The notes beneath the pieces were generated by a model. That model was given only the letters and a program-made list of their open reading frames with translations. It did no database searches and was not told the origin of the DNA. Made by a program: the position numbers and the translations under genes. A stretch of 64,000 nt of DNA from Takakia lepidozioides. Its lineage: Eukaryota; Plantae; Bryophyta. Of this stretch, positions 1-11,958 are shown one piece after another (positions within the stretch are counted from its first letter, which is position 1; every line of letters begins with the position of its first letter). The stretch lies in assembly GCA_030704615.1 (NCBI GenBank), contig CM060732.1:44206001-44270000 (forward strand), written 5' to 3'.

Positions 1-317
1 ATTTGGATGAGGGACGAGCCCAGTATGAACCAAAGAGACCGCGTAATCAACTACGACGAGGACGAAAAAGACTGAGTCTGGACGGGCGGGCGACCATAGT
101 CAGCCAAACCCCCATTTAGATCAATGATACCTTAGTTCAAAAGCAGAGCTAATTGTAGAGGTGTACTCCATCGAAGCACGGAATAACAGTGCGTAATTGC
201 CGGCCTGCTGAGGTAACAGGAGAAAGCAGAGCTCTGGAGAGCCCTGGAGGGAGGAGCCCAGATCAATCGAATGTGAGTTTCACAGATTTCATGCCCTTGA
301 TATGTCTCCAATTTACA

Positions 318-1600
318 TCACGGTCGAAATCCGGAGACTCGGGGAAGAGTAGTGTTGCAATTTCTCCATCCGTGAGGCATTTCGCTCCAGGTGCAGGATG
401 ATGTCGAGGGGCTCGTGCAGACGATTCCGTTCTTTGCCCATGAGGAGACGAAAGCTCCGTGGAGTTGATGTAGAGCCTCCGGATGCTTGCTGCTGTCTGT
501 ACAGAATTTTCGCCATGCCTTACGAGCTTCAGTTTGGATATCAAAAAAGATCATTGTGAGCAACATTGTAACTGTAGAGCGAGAATTCCCCAGGGTCCAG
601 ACACATCTTGATTTCCATATGTGCCAGAGCCCGGCTACCCTGATTGTGTCGAATACCTGACAATGGGAAAATGTTTTTTTGGTGGTGGAATCGTAGTTCA
701 GGAGTGTGGCGATTGGAGACAGGGAGGCGTGGTCATGACAGTGGCTGAGCATCCAGTTTACTTTGGGCCAGACTTTTGAAGGTATGTTGCATTGCAAGAG
801 GCAGTGCTCCAGGGATTCCGAGACTCCCAGCGAGCAGCATGTACATAGTAGTGTGCCAGAGAACTGAAGCCAACGTCCAACCTTCAGAACTCTGTTTGCG
901 ATCTGCCATAGAAAGGCGGCGAGCTTTGCAGGTCTAGATTTTATCCAAATTCCTCTCCAGATTGCTTGCCATTGCTCATCCTGAAACCCGTAAGCCCCCC
1001 ATTTGGCATCCCATTTGGAGGAGATGATGGATCCTGCTCGTAGGCATTTGTAATCTTTTTTTGCTGTACATTCTAGAAGGGAGGGTTTCCCTTCAAAGTC
1101 CCAAGTCCATTCATGAGGGTCCAACTGCAGGTGCATGATTGGCTTTCCCCCAATCCATACGAAGGTGTTTGCTCTGATCCAGCCAGCCATATCAGTCCCA
1201 GGAGGTTTTGTTGGGTTCATAAGCTTAGCGTTGGATGACCATTGGCATACTCTGACTGGGGAGAAATCCCCCCAGTGATGGAGGTCGGCTGAGTTTGAGA
1301 AAGGTGCAGAATGTGTGTACGAGGGCAACAACATAATTCCAGGGCAGTGATTTCAGTGCTGCTGAAGCTTGTCACGTAAATGACCTAATTGGGTCTAGCA
1401 GAGCATGTAATCCAGGTGTCAGGATGTGGAGGCAGCGGACCTTGGTGGAGGGTGTTTAACCATGAGTAGGAATGGATTGGATTATGTTGGCATAACCAGC
1501 ATTACCTCTTGCGGCTCCCACCATTTGGTTAATGTGTTCCTGGCCCCACAGGGCCGTGCCCGACCAGATATTACCCATTTGAGCAATGCCTTGATAATGC
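318..1600 (-). mobile_element. 5'-truncated L1/Tx1-type LINE remnant (ORF2 C-terminus, zf-RVT)
   Basis: ORF 318..1334 contains WRGIWIKSRPAKLAAFLWQIANRVL...CTCCSLGVSESLEHCLLQC...LWHIWKSRC, the zf-RVT signature of plant LINE ORF2. A degenerate KALLKWV lies upstream near 1590. Confidence 0.85.
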
Positions 1601-1651
1601 CTTTTTATCATTCACATAAAAAATTTGGACTAACTATTCCTTCATTGCTTA

Positions 1652-2103
1652 GGCCCCCACCACACCAGCCTGCTATCGCCTGCTACACTCCTACTAACTA
1701 CTGCTACATAGAAAATTGCAGCCGCACTGACATGTTTAAAATGTTTTAGCCATAACTATAGTTATCTATCCTAAAAACTTCCTTCCTACTTTAGAGCGAA
1801 TCTAGCACTAGTGCTAAATCTAAACAGGCGCGCCGTTTTTGGGCAGCTACCCGCGCCATTCTCTGCCATCGCCATTCCCATTCGCCATTGAAAGCCTCGA
1901 GTAATGTGCAGCATTGTGCTCCTGGCTCGTGATCTTGTCTCGTCGGGCAGGGGCATGCGAATGCATGTTTAAAACTAACAATATGCAAACATGTTAAGCT
2001 AAAATGTTGGTGCGGCAGGGATATTGTTAGTTGGAGCAACTGTTATGAAAATGGGCCTGCCCGTTAGCAGGTGTTCTACGCTAAGCCCGGTGCGGCAGGG
2101 GCC
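1652..2103. mobile_element. Tourist/PIF-Harbinger-like MITE
   Basis: Imperfect TIRs: GGCCCCCACCACACCAGCCT versus reverse complement of the right end GGCCCCTGCCGCACCGGGCT (15/20). TTA flanks both ends (1649-1651, 2104-2106). No coding capacity. Confidence 0.65.
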
Positions 2104-2639
2104 TTAGAGGCTGATTATTTCATGGAATTGCATCGTAATCAGCTTTATGATTCTAGTGAAACTCGATTTTAAGTAAATCTAGACTTTCCAAAGTCCAGGA
2201 ATAACATATTTATTTATTTATTTAAATTGAATAAAAATTTATTATGAAAACTAATTTAAATAATTTTATTAAGTTTATTGTAGATGTTTAGTAAATATCG
2301 CTGTTCCCAGAGAATCCATACCCTGATCACATCCCTAATATGAGGTAAAATCTTGTTTTCTACAGTTTCACGGGCAGCCAGGGAGACCTCCTGTTTCTTT
2401 ATATTAGCCTACAAAAAATGCCAAACATTGTCACTGCAGAAGTAGAGGAGTATTATGTCTGTTGTCCCAAGTTCAACATCTCCACTAAGGCAAGGGAGAT
2501 CTCCCGATCTATGATTAGAACATAGCAAGATAGAAAGACATCCCCTCAAGATACGTATCAAAATGTACAAAGTAATTTATTAGAACATCACCAAATCAAA
2601 TTTGTACAGACAAATTGAGGTCCGTCGCTATAGGCACTA

Positions 2640-4702
2640 ATTAACCATCACCAGCCCATAGGACCCAAAACCATAGTCTTTGACGCAAACCAATCCGGAA
2701 CATAGTCTCACACACACAAACCTCCCCCACCCTCTCTCATACTTCTTATAGCACCGAGGAAGACATAATCTTCCCCTCCCCCCGCCGTGTTCTCCCACTT
2801 TTAGTGCCGCTCTGAACAACTCCAACGCTTTCATTATTGAAGACATTCTCGGAGTCAGAACCTGGACATCAACTAACGCGTTTGGCGCTACATGTCTAGA
2901 TACGTACTACCTTTGCAAATGGACCGGTTTTTCCTCAGATAACAACACTTGACAAATTAAGGACGACCTCTTTGGTTCACACTACGAATGTGATCTCATC
3001 CACAACCTCTCCCTTCTTACTGTGTTCCATAAACTTACCAACATTAACTACCTGACACACACTCACCAGCAACATGTCTCCTAGGCACAACTCACAGATG
3101 CCCGCAACATTCCCTACCCGATCGTCATTCCTCACATTCACATCAACACTAGTGAATGTAACCCTGATAAAGACATTGCCCACGACTCCCCCTTAATCTG
3201 TCAGGGCCCTAAGCGGTCAAAAATCTACGCCCACAATGGCCGATATATTGGCCTCATCCCCAATGATCGGCTAACGTGGCTCTGGCATAAATACTCTAGT
3301 CCTAACCCACATGCATATCAGATACTACCACTCAGACAGGATTTCGCTACTGAAATCTGCTGGCTATTAGACCGCTACCTTAAGCATTTTCCCTCCAAAA
3401 AACCCCGCGTCCAATCCAAAGTAATTCAAGCACACACTCACAGTATTATCCCAAGAGAACTGTCTAGCCTTCTAATCTCCTCCTTCCAACTTACTCACTC
3501 CTACTATTCTAGCCCATTCACGTGCCCTATGGAACTTACCTCATACGCTAGCCCACACCATAGAGACTGCAGCTTTGGCGCCACTGGTCTTGCCACCCAA
3601 TACAAGTGGTCCGGTCGCGGCTTTGCTCACCCTTCTGACTCCCAAATACAAGAAGTCCTCCAATGGGCTCATTTTGCTGACCACTCTTTCCCATCTGCCT
3701 ATTCTCCTACTTACACAACAAAGGCCTCCAGACAACCCCCACCCCTTTCTACAACTCCCCCACGGCGTCACCCTTCTAGCCATCTTTGAACCAAACCAGC
3801 TACTATACGAACACAACCTCCCATACCCTAAATACATCCGACGCTTAGAACCCACCAGTATGTCACTGCTACTTGTCCAATACACCCATTCCACCTCCAC
3901 GCCCATTACCCTGCCCTCTACCTTACACCATTTACTCGTACGCACATGGGGATGAAAGTTTCTATTACCCTCAACACACATCATTTTCCCTCTACATCTT
4001 GCTCCTTACCCACCCTGTTTCTTATAGTCAACCCAAGCAAAGCCTGGATAAGGGCGCTACCGCGCCCTCCTCCTACCCCTCCTCCTGCCCCCTACTGACC
4101 TACCAGTCTCACATCTACGTCTGCCGCTCAAATTCTCTCCCTCACACTCCCACTATACAGATGACTCCCAATCCGGCTCTAACGCTGGCTACGGTGTTTT
4201 TCACGCTGCTAATAACCGTGGGTAGTTCTTAGACTTCGAAGCCCATCCACTATATTACGCATTAAGTTTATGGCAATATTTGAAGCACTCTCCCAGCTGC
4301 CCTCATTCTCCTCCCCATACTACATTTTCACAGACAACCTTACATCACTATTTCTTCTTCGCAACCATTCTCCAGCCCCTCTTGCCACCTTCACCACCCA
4401 GACCGAAACCTCATTACAGCTATCATTAACCGTGCGGCTTCCATTAATCACCCTATAAATTTTCTTAAAGTTCGCTCCCACACTGGTGTCACCGATAATG
4501 AAAACGCCGACATCCTCGCCCAGGCAGGGGCCGCCCAACCCCCACCGGATCCCACGGTCGACCACATCCATATTGCTCACACTCATCAATTCTGGCAGGG
4601 AGCAAATGACGATGTCGAGAAGTTGCTAATTAGCGTCGTCGGGGAATCGCAAACCCCCCGGCCGCGGTGCAGGCGCGACTTGCGACATCCGACCATCCGA
4701 AG

Positions 4703-4742
<40 letters not shown>

Positions 4743-6715
4743 GCGACGCCGCATTAGGGGCGTCCGGGGGTCGTAAATGCTACCCCCACACATCACAGTT
4801 TAGGAGGGGTTCATTAGAATTTAGGTGGAAAATTTTGAATTTAAATTTGAATTTTGAATTTCAAAAACTAGTTGACCATTGACTCCGGTTTTGACCAATG
4901 GCAGTTCATACATTGTTCTACATATATTAGGCATTGCATACTTGAACCTAGGACCTCCACATTATAACAAATTTTCTAAGACACTACACATTAACCAACA
5001 AATCTATAATATATTTATGTATCACAAAAGCAGTCCAAGTATATATATACGTATCAAAAATTAGCTCATAGTGACTACCACTATCTCAATCTTATCATTG
5101 TGTTGGAGATTATGCGTACTCTATAAGAGCTCTCACAGTTGGAATTTGCACCGAGACTTGTCCCCAGAGTTCTTCAAGAACAAATATCTATCAATGGCCT
5201 AAGTTTTGCAAAGCTGCATTGCAACTTATTGTTGGACAATGGTTGTAGTCTGAAGATGTCAAGCCCATTATGCTCTACAATCTACTCCCAGAATTAATTT
5301 TCCTCGACGCCCCCAGGATGTCGAGGAATCGCTACGCCGCAGCCCCAGTAACGCTCCGACGCCTCGTTGCGATTCCCCGGCGTCGCAGCGAATTGTTGCG
5401 ATGTCAGGGCGTCGCAACCCCCCGGCACATTGGCGGGGAATAGGGTCTGGCCCCTTTCTGGCGATGGCATGGCGTCGCAAGATGCCACAACGTCGTATGA
5501 GCACTAGCGTTGCGATGCCCCGACGTCGAAAGTCCCAGGCCGGACGCATGCGCGACGTTGCAGTTGCAAGGGGGTCGGCGCGTCCGGCGCACCCGGGGTC
5601 CCGGCGTCGCTAACCTCCCCTAAACGTAGTAGTGAAGCCTCAGCCTCTACCAGCCACACCAAAGCCCATATCCAAAAATGGACACAATCTATAAATCCTT
5701 CACCGTAAATTGTCAAACTACTTCTGGCACACCAGGACTGTCACCGATGCGCCAATCCGACAAACACTTTCGTTATGCCCAATACATGAGACACCAACGC
5801 AAGCACATCTTCTGGCCACGCCTATTCCCATCCCCCAACTGCCCGTTATGCTCACATACACATACAATACGTGACACCTGACCCCACCACCTCAGTCAGT
5901 GTACTCACCCCGTTATACATGGTCTCCGCGTCACTCACCATAATCACGAGTTTGGCACATCCATAAACTTCTCATGTCCAGATCAGAAACTAGATGGTTC
6001 TCACTCATCAATGCTGGTGTACACTACCAAGGCCGACCTCCTGACCACAATGTTCCTCACTGGATACTTTCGTGTACTTGTTATCTCTCACCTTGTACCC
6101 GTCCTTCTCGGCTCTATCCGGATATCCTACTTGTCCAAGGCTTACCCATCAATGCCCTCCCTACCCACTTCCCCTTCCCTAGAACTAACCATTCACTTCG
6201 TTGAATTCACATATTGTCATGACCGATACCCAGCCCCTCCACCCTAGAGAAACGACAAAATATGCCCCCCTCATCCTCGCCATCCGCTAGCGTGGGTGAC
6301 GCACCGGCCCCCTACCAGTTATCACAGCCGGTACTAGAGGTGGGATTCATATCACCAGTATAAACGCGTTACATGATAATCTTAAAATCCCTATCCCCCC
6401 AATCCACAAATGCTTTAAAGCCATCCACCTCACTTCGCTTCGCTCTCTCATTGTCATCATCACCAATAAGTGACAACTCGAGTCCAACCCCTCTGTGGTA
6501 TCCCAGGGTATCCTGGGGTATCCCCGAGTACTCTAGGTACCCTAGACACTGCTACCCTATTTATTACCTCCCCCTGGTTACCCGGTGTCCCTTTAGACAC
6601 CTGTTTTCTTTATAGCCCATCCCCGAAAGGAGGCAGTAGTGGTAAGGCGAAGTGGCTCTTAGTTATGCCGGCTTTGGCCGGAGTCTTCTCTCCCTAAGTC
6701 AACTGTCAAGAAGGT
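2640..6715 (+). mobile_element. Decayed Dualen/RandI-like non-LTR retrotransposon, 3' half (chromodomain-like, PCIF1-like MTase, RNase H, CCHC, RLE), interrupted by an insertion
   Basis: Frame +1 from ~2821 to 3789 reads through with isolated stops. RNase H motifs YIFTDNLTSL (~4320) and KVRSHTGVTDNENADILAQAG (~4467). Zinc knuckle CPLC...HHLSQC (~5839-5903). RLE motifs RLYPDILLV and IHFVEFTYCHDRYP (~6110-6230). Terminal IITNK*QLE (~6460). RT and APE domains are not seen in this copy. Confidence 0.75.
4598..5619. mobile_element. ~1 kb non-autonomous element inserted in the LINE
   Basis: CpG-rich ends rich in GCGACG/CGTCGC in inverted arrangement (TTAGCGTCGTCGGG at ~4630 versus reverse complement TTAGCGACGCCGGG at ~5600-5613). 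GGGAG...CTCCC termini, AT-rich core and a long poly-A run at ~4703-4740. LINE-like coding sequence flanks both sides. No clear TSD. Confidence 0.55.
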
Positions 6716-8049
6716 CTAAGACAATTTGTTTTTATTTTGAGTTCATTAAAGTTTTGGAACAGCTCTTTTTGAAGATTTTGGTGTAAGCTAGGCTGATAAA
6801 CAACCAACTAACCAGCAGGCAACCTTATTTATAATAGGCCATAGGCCATACTAATCTATTGTGATCCCAAGCAAGGGCAAAAGGACTTGGAGGTTGGTGG
6901 TATTTGTTTTTTTTGTGTTTATTGAAGGTTTCTGGTAGCTGCCCAACTGCATCGCGGGCCACTGAGGCATAAAAAAGAGATGCGCCATAGCCATCCCAAA
7001 GCGTGAGAGTATATTCAAGAGCCGTGGGAGCCACGCGCAATGCCTCCTTTTGGGACGAGGTCACAGCCTCATAATGCGACGTCCGGGCGTCGCACCTGAA
7101 ATTCGCTAAAAACCGACGTCGGGGTGACAAGCCATGGGGACAAGGTGACGACATACTAGCTATGATAGGTCGAGGTGTGTAGCGGAATGGATTGGGCTCA
7201 AGAACCGCCCACCCGACTGCGGTTAGGGATCCGGGGCGTGCTAGTGGCGGAGTTAGTGAAAAAAATCTAATTCTACCTGCAAATATGAGTTTAAAGTTCT
7301 TCTTCACAGAGCGAGGTTGGGTTCCTAATTCCTATGGTATTTTTATGTGTTTAGTCTTGTAATTGCTTTCCAAGTCTTCTTTATTTACTAATTCCTACTA
7401 GCCTAAACTCCCGAGACGCTAATAGTCGGGACATGTTTTTGTCCCTTCACAAAGCACCTACCGAGTTTAAGGAGGAAGAAAAGAAACCTCTTCTCACTCC
7501 TACTCCAATTCCTAGGTGGTTGGGGTTAATCCATCTCTCAGGAAGTGCAAACTCCATTTAAACCTCCAATTCCTAGTTTTAAAGGGGTCAATTTAAATCA
7601 TAGTCCCTATGACTATTTATCCCTATTTAACAATTCGAACAAATGGCAAAAAAACTAATCAAAAAAATAAGTATATCATAAAAAATATATCCATTGGTAG
7701 GGAATCTCCCATGGATCCCTAAGATCCTAAAATTACCTGCAGGAAGACAGGGAATAGCCTGGGAACGTATTTTTTAGGTGGGAACGTCGGGAAACCGCTC
7801 CCAGGTGCGGAGAACATTCGTCATGTTTAATGAATGCGGATGGATGAAATACGGGACCCTCTGTTCATCCGTTACTTAAAACATGCCAGGTAAAACTCTA
7901 TAATACTCCCAATGGTGGGGCCGAGCTATTTCCCACGTGCCCTCTAACACTACAAGGAATCGCTGAAATAACGACTCAAAAACGACTGGAAACCCAATCG
8001 TTTCAGTCAAAAAACGACTGGGCGACTACGAGTCCGATCCCATTGGCTT

Positions 8050-9500
8050 TCTTGTCTTTGGAATAAAATCTTGACCACGAGAGCTGGCAAGTCCTTATTT
8101 ATTTTTATCTTTGAAAATAAATTGATAAATTCAGGACAGCCAAAGTAAGAGGTGCCAATTTTTTATTTTTAAATTTTTAAATTTTTTAAAATTGGGATAG
8201 CCAAAGCTGACGATATCAAATTTAAACCAGACGAACTTAAAAAACTTAAAAAAATCGAGACGGCCAGCTCTAGTGCTCCCAATATTATACAAAAAATAAT
8301 TCAAATTTATTTTACAAAATTCCGGGCGTCCAACTCCGGCGATTCTAAAAATACAGTATTAAAAGAATTTAATTAAATTGAATGTTTTTAATTAAAAATG
8401 ACCATCATGGTTGTCCAAACCAAAACAAATAAAAATATTTAAAAAAAATTAAAAACAATCCTCAACCGCTAGCTTTTGCAGTCTCAAATTTAAACTAGAC
8501 GAAATTTTAAAAAATTAAAAAAATCTCGACGGCCAGCTTTGGCCGTCTCAGTATTATTTTAAAAACAATTTAAATTTATTTTACAAAATTCGGGATGTCC
8601 ATCTCCGTCGATCCCAAAAATACGAAAATGAAAAATATTTTTATCTTGGATGTCGATAACGTCGGAGCTAGCGGTCCCATTTTGTTTTTTGTCTTTTGAA
8701 TAAAATTGGGACCACGAGAGCTGGCAAGTCCAGAAAAATTATTTTAAAAATAAATAAATTGATTAATTCGGGACAGTCAGAGCTAGCGGTGCCAATTTGT
8801 TGTTGTCTCTAAATTTTTTAAATTTACTAAAATGAGGATAGCCAAAGCTGACAGTGTCAAATTTAATCCAGACGAAATTTTAAAAAATTCAAAAAATTGG
8901 GACGGTCTGTTCTCGCTGTCCCAGAATATTGAGGTAGTAGTAATCGAGCGACAGATGAGCCGAACCCCGTAAGAGGATCATAAGGATGTCCGTTGAGGTT
9001 CGGAGCAACTTTCTCCTTCATGAGCTGCGGAGCTTGCACAAGATCAGCACTTTTTTTATCAAGCAATTTCAAGCAGAGTGTCCTCGAGTTCCTAAGAAGA
9101 TCAAGTAAGACTTTGGCGCCTGTGAAAACAAGAGATTCTATCACATCATTTTTGGCCTGGGGATCATATCTCATGAGTCTAAAATAACGTACTTTCTCAA
9201 AAGCATACTCACAGAGAAGTTCCTAACCCATGCAGCATTTCTGTGGGGTCGTGCAGTCACTGCATACTAATTACTTCGTGCCTCGATTGGTCCAAGATTC
9301 CAAGCTCATACTGTAATTGATGTAACTCATCTTTCTCCTCCCAACTGTACGTTGAGTGAACAGCGGACAATACCAAAAATATATATATGTTTTTTTACAA
9401 AATTCGAGACGACCAACTCCGACGATCCTAAAATGACACGTATAAGAAAATTTAATTAAATTTAATCTTAGTAATTAGAAAGAACCGTCATGGTCGTCTA
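8050..9500. repeat. Left arm of a long, internally repetitive inverted repeat
   Basis: AT-rich modules with GGACAGCCAAAG / GACGGCCAGCT / GACCACGAGAGCTGGCAAGTCC cores. 8050-8460 is the reverse complement of ~16095-16520. Confidence 0.75.
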
Positions 9501-9693
9501 ACCGTTGCCGTCGTCCGGCGTTCACCCAAAATCACAAAATAATAAATAAATAATACGACAGGTAATTTGGATCTTAATTTTCCTGCCATGACTGTGGATA
9601 AAAGACGTGTGTCTGCAGGATTTTCAGACAAAGGATATGGTCGGAGTGTGCCAATCGAAATGCAGAGCAGGATGGATAAAATGGAGGACGAAG

Positions 9694-9970
9694 TAGGGAT
9701 GAGCGGAGATCATCTAGAGTAAATTCAGCACATGCATTGCACCACTGACGGATGAAATAAGTATGAACTTCAGCCAAAATGTGAGATGGATGAGGAAGAA
9801 GTTGCATAATGCAGAAGTTGGATGAACTAGGGATGAGCGGAGATCATCTAGAGTAAATTCAGCACATGCATTGCACCACTGACGGATGAAATAAGTATGA
9901 ACTTCAGCCAAAAGGTGAGATGGATGAGGAAGAAGTTGCATAATGCAGAAGTTGGATGAATTAGGGATGA
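9694..9970. repeat. 134-bp near-perfect tandem duplication in GGATGA-rich DNA
   Basis: Units start TAGGGATGAGCGGAGATCATCTAG at 9694 and 9828, with a partial third at 9962. Confidence 0.9.
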
Positions 9971-11958
9971 AAGGGATTTCATCTGAAGTAAGATTTGGCT
10001 TATGAACGGATGAACGGTGGTAGGTAGGAATTCATCCAAGACAGTTGAGTGGATAAGAATATAGGCTGGAAGGGTCGGATGAATTTCGTAGGATATCATC
10101 CAACTTCAGGGATGATTTCTACCATAAATAAATAGACATGTAGGCAGAATTAAATATCAGTAGGTGGTATCCAGGCAAGGTGAGAGGGGGATAACACCCG
10201 CACTCTTGCCATATTATTAAAATCGGTAAAATGGTCACATGGCATGGGATGACGAGTTGATAGGTTGTCAGCTGAATTCATGGAGATGGATGACGGACTA
10301 GGAAATTTTGGCATGAGGGTGAAGCGGAAAGAGAATGGTGGGGGATGATGATGAGTAAAGCAAGGGGAGCTTTATAATGAAACTGTGTTGCAACTCGGTG
10401 TTGGTGTGACATTTTAAGTGTGTGTTTAACCATAGAATAGAATAAAAATTTAGCAATGCATAAAAGATAGAACTTTTGCTTGTTTGATAGCTGGAATGAT
10501 AGCATAGTGTAGCCCAGAGTTAGATGTGGAAATGACAACCAAGATCATGAGAGCATTTGGTCAGCCTGTAGGTTAGTTGAGAAGTATTATGCCACATCCA
10601 AGTACTTAAGCAGAAAACTAGAGTAAGTCAGATGAGCCATATAGATAGTGAGGGATCAGACTTTGTTGGTGCCACCATCCCATATGGGTGGATAGTACTT
10701 CTTCTGAGTGTGGTCTAACAAAGAACAATAGAAGAGAGATGATGTTTCCATAAGAGACATTTTTTGGTGTAAGATGTTGTCTTCTTCTTCCGCTGCGGCA
10801 ACATGCTTGCTAAGGGATGATAAACACTAGAAAAAAGTTGATTGCAACTTTGAAGTAGCTCCTTCTTTTGGTATCAGAGCGTTCTTTCCTGTTGAACAAA
10901 TTTAGATTGAATAGAATTGCAAGTCTGAAGATGGAAATGAGTACCTAGAGATGTCAGGAAAAGACCAGGCTCTCATTCCAGAGCAGCTTGGTATATGGGA
11001 CATATTGGTATATTTCTGCTGAGAAATACCAACAACTCTAGAGAACCTAGACTCTATTTCTATAATCCAGCTTGGATACTCTACAATGGAGATATATGCA
11101 TAAAGGTCATACAAACAGGAAATGGCGAAGCATCAAGGAATGCAAGAAGCAATTGATAACATGACTAGTTGAGATATGCTGGAATTCCTTCGCTCATCAG
11201 ACACCTACATTGTCTTTCACAAATTATTCAATCTAGGTTGTGAACGATGGTATTCCAACATGAGTTGGACATTCATTTCTATGGGAGAGAGAAAAATGGG
11301 CAGTTGCAAGGTACGGTGGACCAAAAGAGGCAGATTTTTCCTCCATGAAAGTCTATATAGGTATCTCAAATTGAGGGAATTTATCCAAATATTTCATTTT
11401 AGATGATAGATATGATATATTTAACACTTTTGATAAAAGCCCCAACCCAAATAGGCTAGAATTATTTTATTAGAAATTTTTAATATTTAATTCTTAAAAA
11501 ACTATTTTTATTTATAATAATTAGAGATTTTATTACCATAATAGATCTGTGGGATTCTATTTCTTTTCGGGTAGATAATCGATTGTATTTTATTTACATA
11601 GTGAGTTTTCTATTTATCCGTTTCGAAAAAGACATTAGCACGAACCAAAGGTCCAAACTTCCTCGTATAATAACACGAAACTTCAAGAGACGCAATGATA
11701 AGCCAGTGCTACGCACTTTTGTCAGCTCCGCTGGGAGGGAGGGCCGAGGCCCGAAGCCTGACGAACGAAAAAAAAAATAGATTTTTCTTGGAGCCCAAGC
11801 TACGCTTTGCAGTTCATCTACGATGAGTCTTGAAAAAATGAGTTAGTAATGAAATATCCCAAAAGCTCTAAATGAGGATGATGTACATTAGAGAAAATAG
11901 GCCCAGTTTGGGCCCAGTGTTTAGTATAAATTAGTCCATAAAAATAAAATAAAAACTA

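Noticed and set aside
4667-4882. Poly-lysine ORF (also 12005..12190)
   Set aside because: These are translations of poly-A tracts inside repeats.
7190-7250. Helitron 3' end (GC-rich stretch then CTAG-T)
   Set aside because: The hairpin is poor and no 5' TC end or Rep/helicase remnant was recognised.
10600-11400. Named gene in the decayed coding-like stretch (also 18040-18900)
   Set aside because: All frames contain stops and no domain could be recognised with confidence.
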